Below, piece by piece: positions 28,013-36,848 of a stretch of 64,000 nucleotides of DNA; the first letter of the stretch is position 1; each line of letters starts with the position of its first letter. Source of the DNA: an uncultured Bdellovibrio sp. (GTDB taxonomy: Bacteria; Bdellovibrionota; Bdellovibrionia; Bdellovibrionales; Bdellovibrionaceae); contig CAWVRN010000002.1 in assembly GCA_963932905.1 (NCBI GenBank), positions 160,001-224,000 on the forward strand, given 5' to 3'. Made by a program: the position numbers and the translations under genes. The notes beneath the pieces were generated by a model, which saw only the letters and a list, made by a program, of their open reading frames with translations, did no database searches and was not told the DNA's origin.

Positions 28013-28342
28013 ATGAACTCGGTTTTCTATAAGCGCAATCGTAAAGATATTAATCCCTTTTTAAGTATCATGATATTGGTGGGCACATTGTTTCTAATTG
28101 CCTTCTTGCACATGGAAGAGCGCCGTTTGGGATATCAGATTTACTATTTAGCCCAGCAAAATAAAAAAATAGAAATCGAGAGAAAGATTAAAGAAATCGA
28201 TTTAGCAAAGCTAGCGATTCCTTCGCAGATTATGTCGTTCGCGAAGCACAAGCTAACTCTGCGTAACCCAGAGTTAAATCAAATAATTCATTTAGCGTCA
28301 CCAACACCACAAGCAGATATAAAAGGGAAGTCGTTCGATTGA
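28013..28342 (+). CDS. ftsL: FtsL-like cell division protein
   Basis: TM plus short coiled coil, between rsmH and ftsI. Confidence 0.65.
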   Translation: MNSVFYKRNRKDINPFLSIMILVGTLFLIAFLHMEERRLGYQIYYLAQQNKKIEIERKIKEIDLAKLAIPSQIMSFAKHKLTLRNPELNQIIHLASPTPQADIKGKSFD

Positions 28343-30240
28343 AAGCTAGAATCATCATAATATTTTTATTCTTTTCGACAGTTTGGTTACTTGTGCTTTC
28401 GCGCGCATTTTATATTCAAGTTTGGCCCAATGAAAAATTGGCTCAGCTACAAGAAAGAAAGTACCAAACTAGAATCAAGTTGAATTCTCAACGTGGCAGC
28501 TTTTTAGATAAAGACAAACGTGAAATTGCGATGTCGCAGATTTCGTATTCCATCTACGCGGATCCGAAGTTAATTAAATCACCTAAAACCACAGCCCGCC
28601 AACTAAGTAAGATTTTGGGCGTTAGTTACGAATCTATTTTTCCTAAAATCAAAGACAAAAATCGACGTTTTGTCTGGTTGCAACGCTTTATCGATGATAA
28701 CAAATTCGCTAGAGTAAAAGCGGCCGATCTTGAAGGCATTTCGTCTGTCCAAGAATGGAAGCGTGTTTATCCGTTTGAAAATCTATATAAAGGAATCATT
28801 GGGATAGTGGGGCAAGAAGGCAATGGACTTGAGGGCCTTGAATTGCGCTATGATAAAGCGATTGCGGGTGATAGCGAAAAAATCAATGTTAAGCGAGATG
28901 CTCGCGGACGCCCACTGAACATCGACGGGATGATCGTAACAGAAAATCAAATGGGTAATGATTTGGTAATGACAATTGATACCGATTTACAGTTCTATTT
29001 TGAAACTCAGCTGCGCGAAACAATGCAAACGTTCGAAGGTGAAGGGGCAATTGGAATTGTAATGGATGCGGCAACGTCAGAAATTCGGGCGATGGTATCG
29101 TTAACTAACAATAGTCGACATGATTTAGTTCTAAAACAAAAAGCAATTACGGATGTGTTTGAACCTGGCTCTACATTGAAGCCATTTGTGATGGCCTTGG
29201 GATTAGAAGAAAACTTAATTCAAGCTAACTCTAAAATATTCTGTGAATATGGAAAAATGAAAGTAGCCGATCGATGGATTAAAGAATCGGATTCGCATCA
29301 TCAGTTTGCTTATCTGAGTCCGTCTGAAATTTTAGCGTTTTCATCCAATATCGGTATCGCTAAAGTTGGGTTTCAGTTAGGAACTGAAAAATTACGCGAT
29401 GGTTTACTAAAATTTGGTTTTGGGCAAAAAACAATGGTCGATTTCCCAGGGGAATCAAAAGGTGTCCTACATGAAACGCCATGGAATTCGCATTTATTGG
29501 CGAATATTTCTTTCGGTCAAGGTATCTCTGTAAATGCGTTACAACTGACAAACTCGTTTGCGGCCTTGGTGAACGGCGGTTTGTTGAATAAGCCCACCTT
29601 ACTTAAAGGACGTAGAAATACAGAAACTCTGGAATATACAGAGATGGAAAAAGCGCCGGCGACGCGAGTGATTTCGAAAAAGACTTCGGATTTGCTGAAA
29701 GTTATGTTGTCATCGGTAACTCACGAAGGTGGAACGGGCGTGAATGCGCGAGTTCCCGGCTTCTTAATTGGTGGAAAAACGGGAACCGCACAGAAGGCAA
29801 GCTCGAAGTTCCGTGGTTATGAACCTAATGCCTACCTTTCTAGTTTTATAGGATTTATTCCCGTGCATGAACCTAAATATGTAATCTACGCGATGGTCGA
29901 TACACCAAAGAAATCTTTTTATGGTTCGCAGGTAGCGGCGCCTGTGTTTGCTAAGGTCGCCTCTTTTCTTGCCCGTAAAGATGGAATGGTCCCAAATTTA
30001 ATTTCGGATAAAAATCTGGTGGCTGGTTTTGACAAAATTAAAAACCAAAAAACAAAAACTAAATCGGCGATTGACGGACTTAATTCTGCACCTAAAATTT
30101 TGTCGCTCCGAGATGTTTTAAAATCTCCACATGCTACAGACGATTTGGAATTCTCGGGACGGGGATCAAAAGTGGAATTAACAGAATCTGAAGACACGGT
30201 TACGGGGACGAAGAAAATAAAAGTGATTTTAAGAAATTAA
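28339..30240 (+). CDS. ftsI: class B penicillin-binding protein (FtsI/PBP3)
   Basis: RG..D, R.YP, GLEGLE, EPGSTLK, SSN, GKTGTAQ. Confidence 0.92.
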   Translation: MKARIIIIFLFFSTVWLLVLSRAFYIQVWPNEKLAQLQERKYQTRIKLNSQRGSFLDKDKREIAMSQISYSIYADPKLIKSPKTTARQLSKILGVSYESIFPKIKDKNRRFVWLQRFIDDNKFARVKAADLEGISSVQEWKRVYPFENLYKGIIGIVGQEGNGLEGLELRYDKAIAGDSEKINVKRDARGRPLNIDGMIVTENQMGNDLVMTIDTDLQFYFETQLRETMQTFEGEGAIGIVMDAATSEIRAMVSLTNNSRHDLVLKQKAITDVFEPGSTLKPFVMALGLEENLIQANSKIFCEYGKMKVADRWIKESDSHHQFAYLSPSEILAFSSNIGIAKVGFQLGTEKLRDGLLKFGFGQKTMVDFPGESKGVLHETPWNSHLLANISFGQGISVNALQLTNSFAALVNGGLLNKPTLLKGRRNTETLEYTEMEKAPATRVISKKTSDLLKVMLSSVTHEGGTGVNARVPGFLIGGKTGTAQKASSKFRGYEPNAYLSSFIGFIPVHEPKYVIYAMVDTPKKSFYGSQVAAPVFAKVASFLARKDGMVPNLISDKNLVAGFDKIKNQKTKTKSAIDGLNSAPKILSLRDVLKSPHATDDLEFSGRGSKVELTESEDTVTGTKKIKVILRN

Positions 30241-32603
30241 TTGGCCTCGGCGGGAGCTCTTGTATTTTGGATCCAGTGGTAACCGCGGCAGCCCAGCTTG
30301 CCAGGTTGTGAGAAGCATGTCGAAAATTCGCCCAACATAAAATCGCTGCTTGGATTTAATTTAGCCGTAATTTCCGGATTGGCAATAAATGCGACTCCTT
30401 TTGAAGATAGCTGGAAATAGTTGTTTCGACCCCAGCAATAGAGTTCATCGCTAGTAGATTCTGCGCAAGTATGGAATTTGCCGACTTTTACTTTTTTAAA
30501 TTTCAAATTTTTCGAAACTAGGGTTGGTTTCAAAGTTGGTTCTTGGTGACCAAGTCCAATTTGTCCAAAATCATTTTTTCCCCAACATTTAACTTGATCG
30601 TCCATGGTTATACCGCAGGAATGGAAGTCCCCTAGTGATATCTGTTTATAGCGAGTCTCAGGATCAATGTTTTGTATTGTGCCTTGGTAATGAGCTTGTC
30701 CAGTTCCCAGTTGGCCGAAATCGCTACGCCCCCAGCAGCGTAATGTGTCGTCTTCTTTTATTCCGCATACATGGTAGGCACCAGAAGAAATAGATTTAAA
30801 TTTTGTAGTTGGATCAACTGTCAGTGGCACTTTAGATGATTTAATGTGAGCTAATCCCAGCTGAACAAAATCACCCCGTCCCCAGCACTTTGCTAATCCA
30901 TCCACGCTAATTCCGCATGTGTGATACAGGCCAACACTGATCGATTTGTACTGATTGTTGGGATCAACAGTCGTCGGCGTGGCCACGTTTTGTTGAGTTG
31001 GGTCGCCTATCTGGCCGTAGCTATTGTCGCCCCAGCATTTAAGTGCGCGCCAGTCCCGGTCATCTTTTTTTACAATCGTGATCCCGCAGCTGTGGAATAA
31101 GCCAATCTGCAAGGATTCCCATTTTGGAAATGTATTGATTTCCAGCATTTGAACATAGTCTTTGCTGGTAGCGGCTCCCAGTTGATGAAAGCGATTGTCG
31201 CCCCAACAAAACGTTTTTCTATCAGATGTTTGAAGGCAACCCTGATTTCCGATGGCTGTCATTTCAATGATATTCTCGAAAGGCATTTCAAAATTTTTAA
31301 ACAGGTCCAATTTGCTCTTCGCAATTTCTGAATTCGATACAAGTATTGCATTGTTTTTCGTTTTATTTTTTGGCATCTCATAGCCAACGAAATAAATCAT
31401 TAACAATAGGATTACCGCAAATGCGCCGTATATCCATTTCAAATCTTTTTTAGTTTCGAGCTCTTTAAATTCGCTTAGGTCTTGAACTTTAAAATTGATT
31501 GCCTTTAGCGATGTTGTTGTGCGCGAGTTTGATGTTTTACCATCAGCCTGACTGGCAACGATAACCGAATGGCCGGTCGAAGAATCGCTATCGGGATGAT
31601 ACGAGTATTCAGAAAAGTCATCCGAGTTTAGCTTTAGCTGACTAAATTTGAGAAGTTTATCCTGGGACTTTTCAAACGAGTGATAAAATGTATTTTTCAA
31701 ATAGTCGCTAAAGATATGTTTGTTAAACTCTGGAAAATGAATGTTTAAAAAAGTACTAACTGCATTGGATAACTCTTGGCCTGATTGGTAGCGTTCATTT
31801 TTATCTGTCGAAAGGCAGCGATTTACAATTTGGACAAGCTCCTGATATTTTTCGTCGACGTGCAATCCTAAATCAGGAACAAAACCTTGTTTGATTTTAT
31901 TTAAAGTTTCAATTTCTGTTTCAGAAGCGAAAAGGCGTCGATTAGCAATCAGTTCCCAAGTTATCACACCCAACGAGAAAATGTCGGTTCTGTAATCCAT
32001 GGTTTCGCCCTTAACTTGTTCGGGACTCATGTAGCCAAACTTACCTTTTAGAGTTCCAGAACTTGTTGATTCTGATTTTCCGGTGGATTTAGCGATACCG
32101 AAGTCGATCACCTTAACTTCGCCATTGTAGCTGACCATAATGTTTTGCGGACTGACATCACGATGAATGATATTTAACGGCTGACCAGTATAAATGTCTC
32201 TTGCACTGTGAGCATAGTCTAAACCGCTGGCGACTTCTTTGATAATGTAGGCGATAAATTCTATAGGCAATTTTCTATTTTCGTTCCCTAGTGCCTGAAT
32301 AATTTGCTTCAAATTTTTACCGTGAACAAATTCCATCACTATATAAAATTGATTGATCTTATCTACGCCAAAATCGAAAATGTTTACGATGTTAGAATGA
32401 TTTAATTGCGAAGCAACCTTGGCTTCCTCTTTGAACATGGCAATGAAGTCGTCATTTTCAGAATACGCTTGTAGAATTTTTTTGATGGCAAAAAATTTGT
32501 GGACACCCTCGGCACCTGAGCCAATAGCCAAATGGATTTCGGCCATACCACCGGCGGCCATCTGTTCTAATAGTGTGTATTTACCCAATTTCTGAAACTT
32601 CAT
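30237..32603 (-). CDS. Ser/Thr protein kinase with TM and extracytoplasmic RCC1 repeats
   Basis: GGMAEI, AIKK, HRDVSPQN, DFG, YMSPEQ; TM; repeated HxCG..CWG.N..GQLG. Confidence 0.92.
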   Translation of the reverse strand: MKFQKLGKYTLLEQMAAGGMAEIHLAIGSGAEGVHKFFAIKKILQAYSENDDFIAMFKEEAKVASQLNHSNIVNIFDFGVDKINQFYIVMEFVHGKNLKQIIQALGNENRKLPIEFIAYIIKEVASGLDYAHSARDIYTGQPLNIIHRDVSPQNIMVSYNGEVKVIDFGIAKSTGKSESTSSGTLKGKFGYMSPEQVKGETMDYRTDIFSLGVITWELIANRRLFASETEIETLNKIKQGFVPDLGLHVDEKYQELVQIVNRCLSTDKNERYQSGQELSNAVSTFLNIHFPEFNKHIFSDYLKNTFYHSFEKSQDKLLKFSQLKLNSDDFSEYSYHPDSDSSTGHSVIVASQADGKTSNSRTTTSLKAINFKVQDLSEFKELETKKDLKWIYGAFAVILLLMIYFVGYEMPKNKTKNNAILVSNSEIAKSKLDLFKNFEMPFENIIEMTAIGNQGCLQTSDRKTFCWGDNRFHQLGAATSKDYVQMLEINTFPKWESLQIGLFHSCGITIVKKDDRDWRALKCWGDNSYGQIGDPTQQNVATPTTVDPNNQYKSISVGLYHTCGISVDGLAKCWGRGDFVQLGLAHIKSSKVPLTVDPTTKFKSISSGAYHVCGIKEDDTLRCWGRSDFGQLGTGQAHYQGTIQNIDPETRYKQISLGDFHSCGITMDDQVKCWGKNDFGQIGLGHQEPTLKPTLVSKNLKFKKVKVGKFHTCAESTSDELYCWGRNNYFQLSSKGVAFIANPEITAKLNPSSDFMLGEFSTCFSQPGKLGCRGYHWIQNTRAPAEAN

Positions 32604-32648
32604 TTCAGTATATAAAATCGGTTTTTACGTAAAATAAAACAGGGAACT

Positions 32649-33332
32649 TTAGTCCAGAACCTGATCGATGAACTGGCCGAATTGAGTCAACACTCCGGGC
32701 GGAATTTCATGGCCCCCGTTAAAGAAATGTGTCTTCGTCTTTAGTCCAGCTTCCTTTAAAAAGGTATCTAACGCACGCGATCCTGCAATCGGTAGTACAG
32801 GATCAGACTGCCCGTGACTTATGAATGCATTTTTACCTTTCAAATTTTCTGGGGGCTGGGCTTTTAGATAGGCTTTGTTGATCAAATTTGTCGATAACAA
32901 CCCTAATGAGCTGAAGTTTTGAGGAAACGTAAAAAATAAATCCTGAGCCAGCATACCGCCTTGGCTAAACCCAGCAATGAGAGTTTTTTTGGGATTTAGA
33001 TCTTTCATTGCTAACCATTTCTGGAATTCGCTGCGCAATTTTTCAATGCCTTTAGGAACTTCAACCGATGTATCCAGCGCAGAACCGGCCTCTTGATAGC
33101 GATCAATAGGAATTGGCCACCATGCTCTTCCGACCCAATGGGCACCAAGGGGTATGCTTAATGGGCCATTAGGAAAAAACCAATTACATTTCACCTTTGT
33201 TTGAATCATTTTCGATAAAGGGTATAAATCCTGTGCATCAGCTCCATAGCCATGAAACAGAATAACGTTTGCATATTTGTCATCTTCGAATATTTCTACA
33301 GCGTCTTTATCAAATAGATTCATGGTGGACAT
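32649..33332 (-). CDS. alpha/beta hydrolase (phospholipase/carboxylesterase family)
   Basis: FHGYGA, GFSQGG, HG..DPV, GGHEI. Confidence 0.9.
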   Translation of the reverse strand: MSTMNLFDKDAVEIFEDDKYANVILFHGYGADAQDLYPLSKMIQTKVKCNWFFPNGPLSIPLGAHWVGRAWWPIPIDRYQEAGSALDTSVEVPKGIEKLRSEFQKWLAMKDLNPKKTLIAGFSQGGMLAQDLFFTFPQNFSSLGLLSTNLINKAYLKAQPPENLKGKNAFISHGQSDPVLPIAGSRALDTFLKEAGLKTKTHFFNGGHEIPPGVLTQFGQFIDQVLD

Positions 33333-33361
33333 CTTAACACTAAAACGTTTACTGTATAAAG

Positions 33362-34864
33362 ATGAAATTTTCTGAATTCACTGATTTTTTTCCTCCTAAT
33401 TCGGTCGTTTTCCCTAAAAAATCGCGCTCTTTAGCTCGTACTGGCAAAATTAGCCAGCTGGTGGATTCGTCAAATAAAGTCGTTAAATCGAGTGTGTTTT
33501 TCGCCATCAAGGGAAATGCGAGTGATGGACACAAATATATTGCCGATGCTGTCAAAAAAGGCGCAGCGCTTGTTGTCCTTGAAGATAAATCGTTTACTCA
33601 AGATGTAAAAACGGTTCCGTACATTTTAGTTAGCGATAGTCGACGTTATTACGAGAAAATGTGCTCGTTATTTTTTGGACGTCAAGACGAAGCGATGTTC
33701 AATGTCGGTATCACTGGAACGAATGGTAAAACTTCGACCACCTATATTATTGAATATTTATTGCAGGGGCACGGGATAAAAACGGGAGTTATCGGAACCG
33801 TTAACCACCGAGTTGGAAAAAAAGTATGGCCTACAAGTCATACGACACCTGACCCATGGACAGTACATAGTCGTTATAAAGATTTCCGCAAGCAAGGCGC
33901 TCGCGCCACGGCGGTTGAAATCACCAGCCATGGTATTGATCAGAAACGTATGCATTCCGTTAATTTCGACATCTGTATTTTTACAAATCTAACCCAAGAT
34001 CATCTGGATTATCACGGTACCATGGAGAATTATTTTTCGGTAAAAGAGAAACTTTTTACTGAATTACTGGCGCAATCAAGCAAACTAGAAAAATTTGCAC
34101 TGATCAACGGTGATGACTCTTATGGTAAGAAATTGAAAACACATTCGACTGTGACGAAACATTTTTTTGGAAAAAATAAAACGTTTCCCATTTGGTTCGA
34201 GGTAAAAGAAAAATATTTCGAATTCCAAAAATTAGAAATTGGTTATTTTGATCAACGCTTTCAAATGAAGTTTCCGCTGCTGGGTGATCATAATATTTAC
34301 AATTTCATTTCTACATTGTTCGTCTGTGATTATCTGAAAATACCAATGCCTTTGGTTATTAAGAAGATGGAATCATTTGCTGGTATTCCCGGTCGACTTC
34401 AGAGAGTTCGTGAAGTAAAAAACAAAAATGTATTTGTTGATTTTGCCCATACGCCAGACGCGATTGCCAAAACTATTGAAACCGTTCGCGAACTTCGTTC
34501 AGAATTAAAAATGGCAAATAAAATCATCACCGTATTTGGATGTGGTGGTGATCGCGATAGTACAAAACGTCCGATCATGGGCCGAATTGCTGAAGAAAGA
34601 TCAGATGTGGTGATCGTGACATCAGATAATCCAAGAACCGAAGACCCCAACGCCATCATCGAGCAAATCAAAGCTGGATTTAAAAATCAAAACGATAAAG
34701 TATTTGAACCCAATCGATCGCTTGCGATTCAAAAAGCCATGCAGGTTTCTAAACCAGGGGATATCGTTTTAATCCTGGGTAAAGGACACGAAAACTACCA
34801 AATTATTGGCGATAAGAAGCGTCCGTTTGACGACTACAAAGAGGTTATAAAGTATGCAAAGTGA
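33362..34864 (+). CDS. murE: UDP-MurNAc-dipeptide:meso-DAP ligase
   Basis: GTNGKTS, TTPD, DHLDYH, DFAHTPD, DNPR, GKGHE. Confidence 0.96.
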   Translation: MKFSEFTDFFPPNSVVFPKKSRSLARTGKISQLVDSSNKVVKSSVFFAIKGNASDGHKYIADAVKKGAALVVLEDKSFTQDVKTVPYILVSDSRRYYEKMCSLFFGRQDEAMFNVGITGTNGKTSTTYIIEYLLQGHGIKTGVIGTVNHRVGKKVWPTSHTTPDPWTVHSRYKDFRKQGARATAVEITSHGIDQKRMHSVNFDICIFTNLTQDHLDYHGTMENYFSVKEKLFTELLAQSSKLEKFALINGDDSYGKKLKTHSTVTKHFFGKNKTFPIWFEVKEKYFEFQKLEIGYFDQRFQMKFPLLGDHNIYNFISTLFVCDYLKIPMPLVIKKMESFAGIPGRLQRVREVKNKNVFVDFAHTPDAIAKTIETVRELRSELKMANKIITVFGCGGDRDSTKRPIMGRIAEERSDVVIVTSDNPRTEDPNAIIEQIKAGFKNQNDKVFEPNRSLAIQKAMQVSKPGDIVLILGKGHENYQIIGDKKRPFDDYKEVIKYAK

Positions 34865-36284
34865 ATCGTTAAAACTAGATGATGTTTTAAAATGGACGGG
34901 CGGAAAGCTAGTCCATAAAGCGAAAGATACATTCGATTTTATCGGCACGGATTCTAGAGCAGACTTAAAAGAAAAACTTTTCATTCCCTTGCGCGGTGAC
35001 GCGTTTGACGGTCATCAATTTATTAAAACGGCAATTGAAAAGCAGTGTAGCGGAGTCATCTTTGATTTGAAGTCTAAAGATCCCGTGGCATTTGATAAGA
35101 CTGCAGTCACGCTGATTCAAGTCGCCGACACACTAAAAGCTTTGCAAGATATCTCTCACGGCTATCGCAAAAAATTAAATAAGACGATCGTGGCCATTAC
35201 AGGTTCTGCTGGAAAAACAACGGCTAAGGAATTCACATCACAAATTTTTAATACATATAAAAAGTCATATGCGAATGTAGGTTCATTTAACAATCATTGG
35301 GGCGTACCATTTTCGTTACTGAATATGCGTTCCACTGATGAATACGGCATCATTGAAATGGGAATGAATAACTATGGTGAAATTCAGCGATTGGTTGAAA
35401 TCGCCGATCCGGACGTTGTCGTTTGTACTATGGTTGGCCTAGCTCACTTTGAACATTTTGGGTCACAAGAAAATATTGCTAAGGCAAAAAACGAGATCTA
35501 TCAGTTTTCACGGCCAGATGCGCTGCGAATTTTTAATATTGATGATGTGAATGTTAAAAAGATGATGGGCACGTTTTTGAAAAATCATCCTGGAAAAAAA
35601 ATATTGCAGTTCTCGCATAACAACGCGAATGCCGATGTTTATTTAACTTTGAAAAAAGTGTCTTCAGAAGGATTGTCTATCGAGGGACTGATCGCGGGGC
35701 AAACGGGTAAAGCACTGGTTCCCGTATTTGGTAAACACAACGTCACGAATGTACTAACGGCAGCGACATTGTCTTTGGCCATTGGAATGAAGCCGGAAAT
35801 GATTTGGGCAGCGCTGGGCAAACTAAAAACAAACTGGGGACGTAATCAATTGTTAAAAGCGGATGTGGGAGCTCAGGTTATTTTCGATGGCTACAACGCA
35901 AATCCAGATTCTATGCAAAGCTTGATTGAAAATGTCAGCGAGACACCGGTCACCGGCAAACGTGTTCTAGTCTTAGGTGAAATGCTGGAGCTGGGTGAAA
36001 CTAAAGCTCAGTTTCATTTTGAATTGGCTAAAAAAATTAAGGCGAAGAATTACGATCAAGTTGTATTTTATGGGCCCTCATGGAAACAATTCAAAGACGC
36101 GTTTGATACAGCGAGTGCAAAACCACAAGTTTGGGCGACTGAAAAAATGGATGAATCTATAATTAATGAAATTAAAAGGGATCTGAAGCCAGGTGACCTA
36201 GTGGCAATCAAAGGGTCACGAGGCATGAAGACCGAGAAAGTTGTTTCTCTGCTAGTTAAGGCTTTCTCGCACGAAAAGATTTAA
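34854..36284 (+). CDS. murF: UDP-MurNAc-tripeptide:D-Ala-D-Ala ligase
   Basis: TDSR, GSAGKTTAKE, NNHWG, EMGM, DGYNANP, KGSRG. Confidence 0.96.
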   Translation: MQSESLKLDDVLKWTGGKLVHKAKDTFDFIGTDSRADLKEKLFIPLRGDAFDGHQFIKTAIEKQCSGVIFDLKSKDPVAFDKTAVTLIQVADTLKALQDISHGYRKKLNKTIVAITGSAGKTTAKEFTSQIFNTYKKSYANVGSFNNHWGVPFSLLNMRSTDEYGIIEMGMNNYGEIQRLVEIADPDVVVCTMVGLAHFEHFGSQENIAKAKNEIYQFSRPDALRIFNIDDVNVKKMMGTFLKNHPGKKILQFSHNNANADVYLTLKKVSSEGLSIEGLIAGQTGKALVPVFGKHNVTNVLTAATLSLAIGMKPEMIWAALGKLKTNWGRNQLLKADVGAQVIFDGYNANPDSMQSLIENVSETPVTGKRVLVLGEMLELGETKAQFHFELAKKIKAKNYDQVVFYGPSWKQFKDAFDTASAKPQVWATEKMDESIINEIKRDLKPGDLVAIKGSRGMKTEKVVSLLVKAFSHEKI

Positions 36285-36773
36285 ATAAAACTTAACCAAG
36301 AATTCGACTTTAAATTCAGATCCATTGAACGTCCAAATGACTTCGTCAAATGGGCGAACTTGGATTTGTAATTTCTGATCATCAAAAATCTTAGAATTAA
36401 CTTTTGATTCAATTGCATGAACCGAGCTAATCAACTGTGATCCGATGAAATTAAAACGAATTTCGATAACACCTGGCTCTTTCATTGTGAATATCATTTT
36501 GTAACCATTACGGAACAACATGAAATCAGAATGAGTTTGAGCAATCGTATAGATTTTTATTTTGCTTTGAGGTGTTGGTTTTAGCTCGTTATACATCTGA
36601 GTCGCTTCAGTGAACTGAGCTTTTAAATCGTAAAGTAAATCTAAAGTGGATTTAACGATTAGGCGCTGTTTTTTATATTCTGGATTAGAATCAACAATGC
36701 CTGATTCTAAAATTTTGTTTTCGGATTCGATGAGTTCCTTAATCCATTCCATTTGATTCATCCATGCCCCCAA
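36252..36773 (-). CDS. hypothetical protein (start uncertain, possibly ATG 36761)
   Basis: 173-aa ORF with protein-like composition. Confidence 0.65.
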   Translation of the reverse strand: MGAWMNQMEWIKELIESENKILESGIVDSNPEYKKQRLIVKSTLDLLYDLKAQFTEATQMYNELKPTPQSKIKIYTIAQTHSDFMLFRNGYKMIFTMKEPGVIEIRFNFIGSQLISSVHAIESKVNSKIFDDQKLQIQVRPFDEVIWTFNGSEFKVEFLVKFYLNLFVRESLN

Positions 36774-36779
36774 TGGTTA

Positions 36780-36808
36780 CTAAGTCCTTATTAGGATAAG
36801 GGCTTAGC
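36780..36808. terminator. stem-loop, possible terminator
   Basis: CTAAGTCCTTAT-tagg-ATAAGGGCTTAG. Confidence 0.45.
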
Positions 36809-36848
36809 TCGTTGGTTTGCAACATAAAAGATACAGTAGGGAGGGCTC

